Notes: a model not told the origin generated them from the sequence alone. Shown: positions 7,370 through 17,459, counted from the stretch's first letter. The stretch is DNA of 64,000 nt from Candidatus Poseidoniia archaeon (GCA_030748895.1 JASMLC010000003.1:78594-142593), one strand, 5' to 3'. A program made the numbers and translations.

Positions 7370-10300
7370 TCAGAGCGGGTTGCCGTCTTCGTCGCAGGGA
7401 ACTTCTTCGCCCGAGTCGGGGTCGATGTAATAGAACGAGCCATCCTCGTCCTCGTAGATTTCGACCTCGTACTCCTCTTCGTCATCGCCCAGCTCGTCAT
7501 CGTAGTCGTCAGTAAAGCCGAAGTCCTCATCAGTGGAAGCCGCGGCACCGCTACCGCTCAGGAGGTCCATCAGGCTGCTCTCCTCCCGCGCCTCCTCGCG
7601 CGCGGTGCGGACAGACTCGATAGCCTCAATCTTGCGCTGGGTTGACTCGTATGCCTCGGTAATCTCAGTCAGCTTGGAGAACTGCTCGTCGCGCTCCATC
7701 TTGAGCACGTACGCCAGCTGTTCCTCAATCTGCCCCAGTTCGGTGCGAGTGTCGACCAGTCGGGTCAGCGTGCCGTGGAACCGGTTGGCGAGGAGCTCCA
7801 TGTCTGGCTCAGCCAGGTCAAGCTTGAGCTGTTCCTCTGCCGCAGTTTCGGCTGCCTCGGCAGCCTCGAGTTCGGCTAGCCGCTCTGTGGCGGCAATCTG
7901 CTGGGCCTTGACCAGGATTTCGTTGAAGGCCGAAAGGTGGGCCTCCAGCTTGGTCGCGACGCGGGATGCGTCGTAAGCTGCTACCTCGAGCAGTTCCTCG
8001 CGACCCTTGGAGGTCTCAAGGCGCTGTTCGACATCTGACAGACGGGCTCTTTCTTGCTTGTTCATACTTTCACCAGTAAATCCGCTCGTGCGGACGTTAT
8101 ACGCTGCAGCAGCCATCAGGAGGCCGAGAACCAGTCCGCCCACCAGGACGATGAAACTGCGGTTCCAATTATCTGCCACCATCACACTCTGGGCTTCCGC
8201 CACCACCACTTCCTGAGCCACAGTGGTAGTCACCGCGCCAGAGTTGTCAACTGCGGTGACCTGCACCTGATAGGTCCCGGGCGCCGCATAGGCGTGCTTC
8301 AGGTTCAGCGTGCTCTGACCAGTCAGGTCACTGCCGCTGAAGGAAATTTGCGAGCCATCGCCGAAGTCAACCACCAGCATCGCGATGCTGCCGTCGTCAT
8401 CGCTCGGGACTGCCAGAACAAACTCGACTGTGTGCTCCTCGACCACGCTGACGGTGTTGCCGTCAATCGTGATGCCCTCATCCTCGCTCACCGACGGTGC
8501 CGGGACCAAAGGCGCGCTGTTGGCTGCAGTTACCGCCGCGCTAAAGCTCGTGACCTGCCCGAGGCCATCGGTGGCGGTTAGCGAGATTGTGTAGTCACCT
8601 GCCGCCGCATAGGTGTAGTCCTGCGAGGCGCCGCCGTCAGCCATGCTGCTGCCGTCGCCAAAGTCCCAGTCAATCGTTAGCGCGCCGTCGGCGCCGCTCA
8701 GCGTAAAGGTGTGCGCGGAGCCAGCCAGGGTGCCGCCCGTGCTGAGCGACCAGCCTGAGGTGTCCTGCGGCAGGTTGGGAGTAATCGAAATCGCCTGCGA
8801 AGCGCCGGTGCCGTCAATCGACGGCGTGACCGTGAAGCCAGCGGAGCTCGCCGCGGTCGCGCCAGCCGGGACCATGACCGTCATCTGGACCGTCTGGAAG
8901 CCGCCCTTGGCGATGCGGAAGCTGGTCGTCGAGAAGCGCAGGTTGTCGTGGCCGGTGGTGACCACGATGGCGTAGTTGGTCGCGACGCTGCCGGTGTTGG
9001 TCACCGTGACGACCGTGGTCGCCGAGGTGCCGGGGTTGAGCAGGAAGCTGTCGTCAGCCGCGCTCACGCCCGCGCTACGCGCGTCGCTGGCGATGTCGAG
9101 CGTCGCGCTCGCGCTGTCATCGTCGGTGGCAACCGATATTGAGTAGCTGCTGCCAGCCGGAGTATCTTCGGGGACGCTAATCCAGACGCGGAAGTCGAAG
9201 CTGGCTCCCGCGGCGATTACACCGGTAGAGGTGGTATTCAGCGTCGCCCAGCCATTGGCCTCGCTGTTGCCGCTGATGTCGAAGCTGTAGCTCGCGTCGC
9301 CGTTACCGGTGCTGGTGACGGTGCCCGAAATCTGGAAAGAATCACCGGGATACGCTGCTGAAACTGCACCGAGCGAGATGCTCGAGCCAGTCACCAGCCC
9401 GGCGCTGCTGTCGGCCGAGTCGCTGTCGGAAGCGCCGCCGGTCGCGGTGAGCGTTACCGTGTCGCCCGCACCGTGCGCTGCGCCTGCGGGGACGTCGTGC
9501 GTGACCGTAACTAGCCGCACCTCGCCCATGCCGAGGCTCATCCCGCTGGAGGAAGCATCTGAAGCCCAGCTGCTGCTGGTCGAGATTGAGTAAGTATTGT
9601 CATAGTTGCCAGTATTCTGCACCGTGAAGGTGTGGGTCGTCGAACTGCCCGGTGCACCTTCCTGCGCGCTGGAGACTGCGGTAACTGCGACACCCTGCAC
9701 TAGCCCGACTGAGTAGCCCATGCTGTGCGAATCGGTCGCGGTGCCGTCGTTCTGCGAGGCGATATCGACGTCAAGCTGGTTCATAACGCCGTAGGTCAGG
9801 AAGGGGACGGTGATAGTGACGTCGAAGGTGGCCGAGCTGTTGTAGGCAACATCAACCGTCGCCGGGAAGCTAAGGTCCCAGCTTGCAAAGTTGCTGGCGC
9901 CGATGGTGTAAATGTCATCGGCATTGCCGCTGTTAGTAATCGTGAAGGTAACGGTGCGGTCACCCGGCGCGCCTGAGGTGTCAGCCGGCTCATCCATATC
10001 GGCGCCACCCACATAGTCGACGAAGAAGCTCGCAGTGCCGGCATCGCCGGTTGCGGGCACACCGAAACTATCGGTGGCACTGAAGGTAACAGTGCGAGTG
10101 CCACCACGGTCAATGAGGTCTGCCAGGTCAAGCGTGGCTGAATAGGTACCATCACTGTTGTCGTTGAGCGTGAGGATTCCATAGTGCTGGAGGTCGGCCG
10201 AAACTGTAAGTGAATCCCCATCGTCCTCGTTAATGTCACTGGCGCTGGCAGTGAAGGTGTAGGTGTCACCGGCACGTTCTGCAGTCCCGTTGGCCGTGAA

Positions 10301-11866
10301 GGCCGGCGCGTCGTTGACCGCAATCGAGCCGCCCGAAAGCTGTGCGGCGTCGTTGGCACCATTGTTGGCGTCGAAAGCCACGCTGTGGGAGCCCCATGCC
10401 ATAGTGCCATTGTAGGCGTACTCGGCGCCAGCAGCGTCAGCCGGGCTCTCCGAGTCGTTGGTCCGCGAGAGCGAGAAGGAGCTGCCACCGACAGTGACGG
10501 TAATGGTCGAGGCGTTAGTGCCGTTGTACTCGTGGTAGCGGACCGAGAAGTTGAAGTCATTGTTCTCACCGGCACTCGTCGGGGAAACCGAAGAGTCAGT
10601 CAGCCACGGAACATCTGTGCGTACCCAAACCGAGCCCGTCTCCACGTTAGAGGCGTCCATGCTGTCGTTCGAACTGGCAGCGAACACCGTCTTACCAGCT
10701 GCGAATACCTGGCTGTGCTCGTACTGCTCACCGTTGGTATAGTCACCATCACCACCTGCGGAAGCCGTCATGGTGACCTCGGTCCCGCTACAGCCATCAC
10801 TCAGGTCATCGTCACCGACACAGAGCGTAATCGAGCTGGGCGCCTGACCATTGACATCGGTGTAAGTAACGGTCACCGTAGCTGGATTAATCGGCAGCTG
10901 CACCGTTGAAGGCGTCGCCGCAATGGAGCTCAGGACCGGTTCGTCATTAACGCGAGGGCCATCGTAGGTATCGGAGGTTGCGTCGGCCTCCCCGTCAGAA
11001 CTAGTGAAGTAGAAGCTATGCATCCCCAAGCCAAGGTCGTCTGCCTGAGTGAACGAATGCTCGTAAACCTCACCATTAGTGAAATCTCCATCGTTACTGC
11101 TGGAGGAGGACATTACGTAAGCCGGAGTCTCGCCGTCAATGTGCAAAATCACCTCATCACCTGAAGGAGCGTCGCCGTCAAGGTCGGTGTAAGTGACCTG
11201 GAAGCCCACCGAGTCACTCGCGGAGATGGGCCAGTTGGACTCTCCCGGAGAAACCTGGCCGCCCGTGAGAGTCGGGGCGCGGTTCTGCTGGACCAGCGGA
11301 AGGCTCAGGTCCCATGCTTCCTCGTCTCCGACCTGACACTCCTCGGTGGGGCCGACGAGCCAGATACAGCTCATGCTGGCTATGTAGAAGGTGACGTCCC
11401 CATGGTGCTCTGAGGGTGCCCAAGCAAATTCCCACGACAAAGATTCGTCTCCGTCATCTTCGGAGTTGCTCATGATGTAGTCGTAACCATCCGAAGCGGT
11501 AACGAGGGTTGTATCACCCACCTCAATCGAGAAATTGCCGACTGAGTCGCCATTACCGTTGATAACCACCATCTCAAAACCGAACTTGTCGTGACCGCTG
11601 CCACTCACAACTACGTCGATGTCTACGTCCTCGCCGGGCACGTACTCTTCAACGCTGAGCGTTACGTCCAGCGAACTCTCACCATCGTTGGGATTAGCGT
11701 CGGTGTGGCATGCGGACGACGTGCAGTCACCATCGCCCGGCGCGCTGGAATAGCCTGGGTCAAGATCTCCGCCCTGATGTCCCTGCACATAACCTGCAGC
11801 GATGATGACTATCACCGTCACAATCATGATACCTGCCAATAGTTGTTCCGGCCGACGTGTCAGCAT
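7370..11866 (-). CDS. Giant acidic cell-surface protein: N-terminal signal anchor, reeler-like module, multiple PKD/Ig-like repeats, a C-terminal TM helix and a cytoplasmic acidic coiled-coil tail
   Basis: ATG at 11866 has a GGTG RBS 5 nt upstream. TM/signal MLTRRPEQLLAGIMIVTVIVIIAAGY. PKD signatures WDFGDGSSMADGG...YTYAAAGDYTISLTATD and VVDFGDGSQISFSG...HAYAAPGTYQVQVTAVD. Second TM SFIVLVGGLVLGLLMAAAAY, then an E/D-rich coiled coil ending DEDGSFYYIDPDSGEEVPCDEDGNPL. Rich in D, S, T and G. Confidence 0.8.
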   Translation of the reverse strand: MLTRRPEQLLAGIMIVTVIVIIAAGYVQGHQGGDLDPGYSSAPGDGDCTSSACHTDANPNDGESSLDVTLSVEEYVPGEDVDIDVVVSGSGHDKFGFEMVVINGNGDSVGNFSIEVGDTTLVTASDGYDYIMSNSEDDGDESLSWEFAWAPSEHHGDVTFYIASMSCIWLVGPTEECQVGDEEAWDLSLPLVQQNRAPTLTGGQVSPGESNWPISASDSVGFQVTYTDLDGDAPSGDEVILHIDGETPAYVMSSSSSNDGDFTNGEVYEHSFTQADDLGLGMHSFYFTSSDGEADATSDTYDGPRVNDEPVLSSIAATPSTVQLPINPATVTVTYTDVNGQAPSSITLCVGDDDLSDGCSGTEVTMTASAGGDGDYTNGEQYEHSQVFAAGKTVFAASSNDSMDASNVETGSVWVRTDVPWLTDSSVSPTSAGENNDFNFSVRYHEYNGTNASTITVTVGGSSFSLSRTNDSESPADAAGAEYAYNGTMAWGSHSVAFDANNGANDAAQLSGGSIAVNDAPAFTANGTAERAGDTYTFTASASDINEDDGDSLTVSADLQHYGILTLNDNSDGTYSATLDLADLIDRGGTRTVTFSATDSFGVPATGDAGTASFFVDYVGGADMDEPADTSGAPGDRTVTFTITNSGNADDIYTIGASNFASWDLSFPATVDVAYNSSATFDVTITVPFLTYGVMNQLDVDIASQNDGTATDSHSMGYSVGLVQGVAVTAVSSAQEGAPGSSTTHTFTVQNTGNYDNTYSISTSSSWASDASSSGMSLGMGEVRLVTVTHDVPAGAAHGAGDTVTLTATGGASDSDSADSSAGLVTGSSISLGAVSAAYPGDSFQISGTVTSTGNGDASYSFDISGNSEANGWATLNTTSTGVIAAGASFDFRVWISVPEDTPAGSSYSISVATDDDSASATLDIASDARSAGVSAADDSFLLNPGTSATTVVTVTNTGSVATNYAIVVTTGHDNLRFSTTSFRIAKGGFQTVQMTVMVPAGATAASSAGFTVTPSIDGTGASQAISITPNLPQDTSGWSLSTGGTLAGSAHTFTLSGADGALTIDWDFGDGSSMADGGASQDYTYAAAGDYTISLTATDGLGQVTSFSAAVTAANSAPLVPAPSVSEDEGITIDGNTVSVVEEHTVEFVLAVPSDDDGSIAMLVVDFGDGSQISFSGSDLTGQSTLNLKHAYAAPGTYQVQVTAVDNSGAVTTTVAQEVVVAEAQSVMVADNWNRSFIVLVGGLVLGLLMAAAAYNVRTSGFTGESMNKQERARLSDVEQRLETSKGREELLEVAAYDASRVATKLEAHLSAFNEILVKAQQIAATERLAELEAAEAAETAAEEQLKLDLAEPDMELLANRFHGTLTRLVDTRTELGQIEEQLAYVLKMERDEQFSKLTEITEAYESTQRKIEAIESVRTAREEAREESSLMDLLSGSGAAASTDEDFGFTDDYDDELGDDEEEYEVEIYEDEDGSFYYIDPDSGEEVPCDEDGNPL

Positions 11867-11947
11867 ATTTACACCTTTTTTGCGTGAGACGGAAGTCCTC
11901 CGTAATGGGCGGACTGACCTCTCTCGTAGCGCCTTCATACCCAAGGA

Positions 11948-11962
11948 CTTTATTTAAATTTA
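11948..11962. promoter_or_regulatory. TATA box (tttatttaaattta) for the giant surface-protein gene
   Basis: Strong AT island about 85 nt upstream of the 11866 start, consistent with an SD-bearing leader. A second TATA-like element, gataaatag, sits about 25 nt before the leaderless ATG at 12047 on the other strand. Confidence 0.4.
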
Positions 11963-12046
11963 CTTGTTCGGTAAAGCGTCTTCCCGGCGCGCAGGAAACA
12001 GGTGGCGGGGCAAGCGGATAAATAGCTCAGGGCTTGCGCCGCCGCC

Positions 12047-13396
12047 ATGCCCGAAACGTCCCGATTCCGGCTGGTCCTGCCCGGTCCGGCCCTCAGCCTG
12101 GCGGTCGCCGCCGATGGCTCGACCATCGTTGCGGGGGACCGCAATGGAAACCTCACCGTCTCCGACGGGGATGGGGCGCTGCTGTGGCAGCGCAAGCTGG
12201 GCGAAGGCATCCACGGCGTCGCAGTCTCGCGCGACGGGCAGCGGATTGTCTGCGGCAGCAAGGATTGCCAGCTACGGATGTTCACCCGCGCGGGCGAGCT
12301 CGAGTGGGAGCAGCCGCTCGGCAAGTCGGTCTGGTCTTTAGCGATGGACCCCGGCGGCAGCTTCCTCGCCACAGGTACCGGCGACTCGGTCGCGTTCTAC
12401 ACCGACGGCGGCATACTCGTGTGGGAATACGAGACCGCGCGCGCGATGGTCGGCGTCAGCATCTCGCGGGCCGGGTCGCGGATTATCGCCTGCGGAGATG
12501 AGCAGCTCTTCTGCCTCGATGGCGATGGGGCGTTGCTGTGGCAGAAGAAGCGCGGCGACTCGCTCTGGGACGCCGCCATCAGCGAGGATGGCGGTCGCGT
12601 CTTCCTCGGCGGCTGGGACCGCAAGGTGCACTGCCTTGATGGTAGCGGCGATGAGCGCTGGGAATACCTTACCGACGGTTACGTGCGCGCAGTCTGCCCG
12701 ACCGCCGACGGCGGGGTGCTGGCCGCCTCGCACGACGGTTGCATCTACCGGCTCTCACCGGCCGGCGACGCGCTGGCGGTGCGGAGGCCGGGCGGCGAGC
12801 TGACCTCGGTGGGCTGTAGCGCCAGCCTCGCACTGGCAGTCGCCGGCACCGGCACCGACGTCGTCGCCTACAGTATGGACGCGGCTGACACGGCCGCGCC
12901 GGCAGCGGCGCCAGCCCCGGCGGCGCAGCCCGAGGAGGACAACCTGTTCGGCTTCGGGATGTTCGGCGACATCGAGCCCGACACCAGCGGGCTGGGCGAC
13001 TACGTGCCCGGCACCGCCGCCACGCCACCGGCAATCGGCACCGCGGGTGAAGGCGGCGAATTCCGTGAATTCGCCGCCGAGATGGTCAAGGAGGATGTAC
13101 GCAACTACCTGCGGCTCGGGAACGTCGCCTGGCGGGGGGGCCGCTTCGCGCGCGCGGCCGAGCATTACGAGCGGGCGACGCAGGTCGCGCCGGACGAGCC
13201 GCGCGGCTGGCACAATCTGGCGGTCTGCCGCTACTACCTCGCGCGCAAGTCCAACCCGGACGACATCGAGGGAGCGGTACGGCAGGCTTACGAGCCGCTG
13301 CGCAGCGCCAACCGTAGCAATACACAGTACGGGCCGGCGCTCGCGACACTTGAGTATTTTGCCGAGCTGCTGAAGCTGGAAGAAGATAGCAAGTAA
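12047..13396 (+). CDS. PQQ-like beta-propeller repeat protein with an Ala/Pro-rich linker and a C-terminal TPR-like helical domain
   Basis: Repeated units such as GDRNGNLTVSDGDGALLWQRKLGEG, SKDCQLRMFTRAGELEWEQ, CGDEQLFCLDGDGALLWQKK and GGWDRKVHCLDGSGDERWEY follow the PQQ/WD-like propeller pattern. Followed by APAAAPAPAAQPEE and a helical tail. Confidence 0.65.
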   Translation: MPETSRFRLVLPGPALSLAVAADGSTIVAGDRNGNLTVSDGDGALLWQRKLGEGIHGVAVSRDGQRIVCGSKDCQLRMFTRAGELEWEQPLGKSVWSLAMDPGGSFLATGTGDSVAFYTDGGILVWEYETARAMVGVSISRAGSRIIACGDEQLFCLDGDGALLWQKKRGDSLWDAAISEDGGRVFLGGWDRKVHCLDGSGDERWEYLTDGYVRAVCPTADGGVLAASHDGCIYRLSPAGDALAVRRPGGELTSVGCSASLALAVAGTGTDVVAYSMDAADTAAPAAAPAPAAQPEEDNLFGFGMFGDIEPDTSGLGDYVPGTAATPPAIGTAGEGGEFREFAAEMVKEDVRNYLRLGNVAWRGGRFARAAEHYERATQVAPDEPRGWHNLAVCRYYLARKSNPDDIEGAVRQAYEPLRSANRSNTQYGPALATLEYFAELLKLEEDSK

Positions 13397-13398
13397 TT

Positions 13399-14466
13399 TC
13401 AGGTCAGCTCGACCACGGTCGCGAAGTAGTAGCTGTACTGGAGCGTCAGTACCCAGTCGTTGCCGCCGTCCAGATCCAGTATCAGGCCGACGGAGGGGGC
13501 GTTATGGCAGGTTACCGCCAGCGTCCAGTCGCCGCGGCCCTTGGCGCTGAAGTCGCCTCCCGCCAGCAGCTGCGCGTAGACATCGGCGCCCGATTCACCC
13601 TCTATCTCGCGCGCGGCTGGGATTGAGTCGAGGACCGTGAAGTTGACCGAGAGGTCGCCGCTAGTCGAGCGCGCCGTCTCGCGGGCGCCCCAGGCGCTGT
13701 TGCCCCGCAGCTCGAAATCATCGGGGAAGAGCCCCAGCGCATCCGCCGCTTCGTCCTCGCTCCACTCGAGGCGGAGTGTGACGCTGGTGACGTTGTAGGG
13801 CAGCGTCTCGAGCCATTCGGTCATGTCGCCCTCCGCGGTGTAGCCCGGGACGTTCACCGTGCGGGTGGTCTCGGTGAAGCCGATGCTGTAGTTGCGCAGC
13901 CGCACCTCGGCCCAGGTCGATGCCGTGGCGTTCAGCCCTTCGGCATCGGTGACGACCAGCGTGACCGAGTAGTTGCCGGGTGCCGAGTAGTTGTGGAACG
14001 GTCGCGCCCCCGAACCAAGCGCGCCGTCGCCGAAGTCCCACGCCCAGGCGAGGACGCCTTCGGGGTCGCTCGAGTTGGAGCCGTCGAACCGCAGCTGCTC
14101 GTGCACGCGTGCCGCCAGTCCGGGGCCGGCGTCGGCGGTCGGCGGCAGGTTGCGGTGCAGGATTTCGACGCTGGCGCTCGCCGCGCCGGTCGCGCCATCC
14201 GGGGCGACGGCAGTCAGCCGCACCGCGTAGGTGCCTTCGCCAGCGTAGGTGTGGGCTGGCGCCGCACCAACAATACCGTTGCCGTCGCCGAATTCCCAGT
14301 AATATTTCGTGCCGGATGGCTGCGGGCCGAGCAGACTGAATTGCGCCGGGTCGCCCTCGATAACACCTTCCGGCACCATAATCTCGACGTCCTCCAGCGT
14401 CCCCGGTCCGGCGTCGAGGCAGCCGGCGGCGAGCAGGAGGGCAGCGAGCAGCAGGGCAGGGCGCAC
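13399..14466 (-). CDS. Lipoprotein with two PKD domains
   Basis: Lipobox signal (M)RPALLLAALLLAAGC when started at the GTG at 14466. PKD motifs YWEFGDGNG...HTYAGEGTYAVRLTAV and WAWDFGDGALGSG...HNYSAPGNYSVTLVVTDAEG. Many N-x-S/T sequons. Confidence 0.7.
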   Translation of the reverse strand: MRPALLLAALLLAAGCLDAGPGTLEDVEIMVPEGVIEGDPAQFSLLGPQPSGTKYYWEFGDGNGIVGAAPAHTYAGEGTYAVRLTAVAPDGATGAASASVEILHRNLPPTADAGPGLAARVHEQLRFDGSNSSDPEGVLAWAWDFGDGALGSGARPFHNYSAPGNYSVTLVVTDAEGLNATASTWAEVRLRNYSIGFTETTRTVNVPGYTAEGDMTEWLETLPYNVTSVTLRLEWSEDEAADALGLFPDDFELRGNSAWGARETARSTSGDLSVNFTVLDSIPAAREIEGESGADVYAQLLAGGDFSAKGRGDWTLAVTCHNAPSVGLILDLDGGNDWVLTLQYSYYFATVVELT

Positions 14467-14548
14467 GCGGGCGCAGCCGCATGGCGTTAAAGGATTGTGC
14501 GCGACCATACCTATTTAGCACTCCAGCGGCGGTGGCGCGCCGATTTCA

Positions 14549-15262
14549 ATGCAGGCAGGCCACATGGCGTATGACCGCGCCATCACCGTATTCTCGCCCG
14601 ACGGGCGGCTCTTCCAGGTCGAATACGCCCGCGAAGCGGTCAAGCGCGGTACCACGACCGTTGGTATCAAGTTCAAGGATGGAGTAGTACTGATTGTCGA
14701 CAAACGGCTCAGCTCGAAGCTCATCGAGCCCGACTCGATTGAGAAAATGTTCAAGATTGACAACCATGTCGGCTGCGCCACTTCGGGGCTGGTCGCCGAC
14801 GCGCGGGCGCTGGTCGACCGCGCGCGGGTCGAGTGTCAGGTTAACGCCTTCAACTACGAGGAGAAAATCCCAGTCGAGGCGCTGGTCAAGAAGCTCTGTG
14901 ACTTCAAGCAGAGCTACACCCAGTACGGCGGCGTGCGGCCTTTCGGGACTGCGCTGCTGATGGCGGGCGTCGATGAGACGGGACCGCACCTCTACGAAAC
15001 CGACCCCTCGGGCGCGATGATGGCGTACAAGGCGGGCGGCATCGGTGCCGGGCGCAACGAAGTCATGGAAGTCTTCGAGGATAACTACAAGGAAGGGATG
15101 ACGCAGGCGCAGGCAATCGCCCTCGGCCTGAAGGCGCTGGCAGCAGCCAACGAACATAAGCTGAAGCCCGAAATCATCGAGATTGCGGTGGTCTCCGCCA
15201 AGCAGGAATTCCACACCCTTTCCAAGGCTGACGTGAAGAAGGCAGTCTCCAAAACCAAGTAA
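14549..15262 (+). CDS. psmA: Proteasome subunit alpha
   Basis: [34 protein letters not shown] is nearly identical to the Thermoplasma acidophilum PsmA N-terminus. A TATA (tatttag) lies about 30 nt upstream, so the transcript is probably leaderless. Confidence 0.95.
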   Translation: MQAGHMAYDRAITVFSPDGRLFQVEYAREAVKRGTTTVGIKFKDGVVLIVDKRLSSKLIEPDSIEKMFKIDNHVGCATSGLVADARALVDRARVECQVNAFNYEEKIPVEALVKKLCDFKQSYTQYGGVRPFGTALLMAGVDETGPHLYETDPSGAMMAYKAGGIGAGRNEVMEVFEDNYKEGMTQAQAIALGLKALAAANEHKLKPEIIEIAVVSAKQEFHTLSKADVKKAVSKTK

Positions 15263-15954
15263 TGGTATCGCTGGACGAGGCGGTAATTGCGCGCCTCGAA
15301 TCCGGCGGCCACAAGTTCGAAATCCTGATTGACCCCGAAGCGGCGCAGGCGTTCCGCGAAAATGGCGAAATTGACTGGGACGACGCGCTCGCGACCGAAG
15401 GCGTCTGGAGCGACTCGGCCAAGGGCGAACACGCTGGCGACGAAGCGGTGCAGGAAGTGTTCGGCACGCTCGAGCTTGAGGCGGTCTGCACTGCCATCCT
15501 CGAGCGAGGCGACATCCAGCTCACCGCGGCGCAGCGCAAGGAAATGGTCGAGCGGCGGCACAGGCAGCTAGTGGCGCACATCGCCTCGGCAGCGATGAAT
15601 CCGCAGACCGGCGCGCCACACCCGCCGCAGCGCATCGAAAATGCCTTGGCCGAAGCAAAGTTCGCGGTCGACCCGCTCGAAGCGCTCGAGCGGCAGGTCG
15701 AGCGCGCGGTGAAGGCACTGCGGCCGCTGCTGCCGATTTCGTTCGAGAAGATGCGTGTCGCCGTGCGGATTCCGGCGCAGCACGTCGGCCGCTGCTACGG
15801 CGAGATGAAGGCGCTCGCCAGCATCACGCAGGAGGAATACCAGTCGGACGGCAGCTGGATTGCGGTGCTTGAACTGGCGGCTGGCGCGCACGCCGACCTG
15901 CTCGACCGGCTCGGCTCGCTGACGCACGGCACCGCCGAGACGAAGCAGCTTTAG
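15262..15954 (+). CDS. sdo1: SBDS/Sdo1 ribosome maturation protein
   Basis: ARLESGGHKFEILIDPEAAQAFRENGEIDWDDAL...VWSDSAKGEHAGDEAVQEVFGT matches the SBDS N-terminal FYSH domain. TAATG overlap with psmA. Confidence 0.9.
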   Translation: MVSLDEAVIARLESGGHKFEILIDPEAAQAFRENGEIDWDDALATEGVWSDSAKGEHAGDEAVQEVFGTLELEAVCTAILERGDIQLTAAQRKEMVERRHRQLVAHIASAAMNPQTGAPHPPQRIENALAEAKFAVDPLEALERQVERAVKALRPLLPISFEKMRVAVRIPAQHVGRCYGEMKALASITQEEYQSDGSWIAVLELAAGAHADLLDRLGSLTHGTAETKQL

Positions 15955-16054
15955 CGCGAGGCGCGGGCGACGGGGACGGCGCAACAGGCCAAGCTTCAAA
16001 TACCGCACGAAGTCCGCGCCGACACACGCAAGGCAAAGAAAGGAGTGATTTCTT

Positions 16055-16726
16055 ATGACAAAATCTTCATCTAAACAAGCCAGCGGCAGGTCTGTCCTGC
16101 TGCCGGGCGACAAGCTGGAAGCCGACCAGAAGGCCGGTTCCGGAACCTTCCGCCGCGACGGAGAGGCGCACACCGCCGTGCTCGGCTTTTCGAGCGAGAG
16201 TTCCGGCTACACCAACGTCCAGCCGATAGCGGGGCGCTACAGCCCGCGCGTCGGCGACAAGGTCGTCGCGGTCTGTGTCGAGACCGGCCCTTCGCTCTGG
16301 CGCATGGACATCGGCGCGTTCCAGAACTCGATGCTGCACCACAGCGAGACTGACTGGAAGGTGGACTTCGGCGATACCGCCAGCTTCATCGGCATCGGTG
16401 ACGCGGCGCTGGCCGAGGTATACATGGTCGACGGCAGCGGCAGCCACCAGGTCACCCTGAAGAAGAACGACTGCCGCAAACTCTATGCCGGTACCATCGT
16501 CCATGTTGCGCCCACGTGCGTGAACCGCGTGATTGGCAAGCAGGGATCGATGATTACACTAATTCGCGAAAAGACGGGATGCCGCATCCAGGCCGGCCAG
16601 AACGGCTTAATCTGGATAGATGGCGAACCCGACCAGATTGCCCGCGCCCAGCAGGCAGTCGAGACTATTTCCCGCGAGGCAACTAGCAGCGGGCTGACGG
16701 AGAAAATCGAAAAACTACTGGAGTGA
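16055..16726 (+). CDS. rrp4: Exosome complex RNA-binding subunit Rrp4 (S1 + KH)
   Basis: VLLPGDKL..., S1-like [24 protein letters not shown]-like [45 protein letters not shown] 8 nt upstream. Confidence 0.9.
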   Translation: MTKSSSKQASGRSVLLPGDKLEADQKAGSGTFRRDGEAHTAVLGFSSESSGYTNVQPIAGRYSPRVGDKVVAVCVETGPSLWRMDIGAFQNSMLHHSETDWKVDFGDTASFIGIGDAALAEVYMVDGSGSHQVTLKKNDCRKLYAGTIVHVAPTCVNRVIGKQGSMITLIREKTGCRIQAGQNGLIWIDGEPDQIARAQQAVETISREATSSGLTEKIEKLLE

Positions 16727-16730
16727 AAAC

Positions 16731-17459
16731 ATGGCAGGCGGAGACAGCGATATCGAATTTATCAACAAGAAAGGCAAGCGGCTCGACGGTCGTAAGCCAG
16801 ACGAGTTGCGCGACGTACGCATCGAGGCCGGCGTGCTGAACCGCGCCGACGGGTCATGCTACCTGGAGTGGGGCAACAACAAGGTGTACGCCGGGGTTTT
16901 CGGCCCCATCGAGTGCCACCCGCGCCACAAGCAGCAGCAGGACCGCGCCATCGTTCAGGCGCGCTACACCATGGCGCCTTTCAGCGTCAACGACCGCAAG
17001 CGGCCCGGCTACGACCGCCGCTCGAGCGAGATTTCCTACATCGTTTCGCAGGCGCTGGAGCGCGTCGTGATGGTCGAGCAGTTCCCGCGTGCCGCCATCC
17101 GGGTGGACATGCAGGTCGTCGAGGCGCACGCCGGCACCCGCTGCGCGGCGCTGACGGCGGCATCGGTCGCGCTGGCTGACGCCGGCATCCCGATGCGCGA
17201 CATCATCCCGTCCTGCGCGGCGGGCAAGGTGAGCGACACCGTCGTGCTCGACCTGAACAAGGAAGAAGATAACTACGGGCAGGCGGACCTTCCGCTCGCC
17301 ATCGTGCCTTCGACGGGCGAAGTGGTGCTGCTCCAGCTGGACGGCCACCTGACTCCCGAGGAGTTCGAGCAGGCGCTCGACATGGCGTATAACGGCTGTA
17401 TGGACCTTTACGAAATCCAGCGGGCTGCACTTGCCAACCGCTACGGAGGCAACGCATGA
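16731..17459 (+). CDS. rrp41: Exosome complex exonuclease Rrp41 (RNase PH-like)
   Basis: [34 protein letters not shown]...[15 protein letters not shown] follows the RNase PH fold pattern. Lies within the superoperon. Confidence 0.9.
   Translation: MAGGDSDIEFINKKGKRLDGRKPDELRDVRIEAGVLNRADGSCYLEWGNNKVYAGVFGPIECHPRHKQQQDRAIVQARYTMAPFSVNDRKRPGYDRRSSEISYIVSQALERVVMVEQFPRAAIRVDMQVVEAHAGTRCAALTAASVALADAGIPMRDIIPSCAAGKVSDTVVLDLNKEEDNYGQADLPLAIVPSTGEVVLLQLDGHLTPEEFEQALDMAYNGCMDLYEIQRAALANRYGGNA

Noticed and set aside
13718-14521. 267-aa and other minus/plus ORFs overlapping the PKD lipoprotein gene (13932..14198, 13980..14339, 13993..14490)
   Set aside because: These are alternative frames of the PKD lipoprotein gene. 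Only the 13399..14466 frame has a lipobox signal peptide and PKD signatures.
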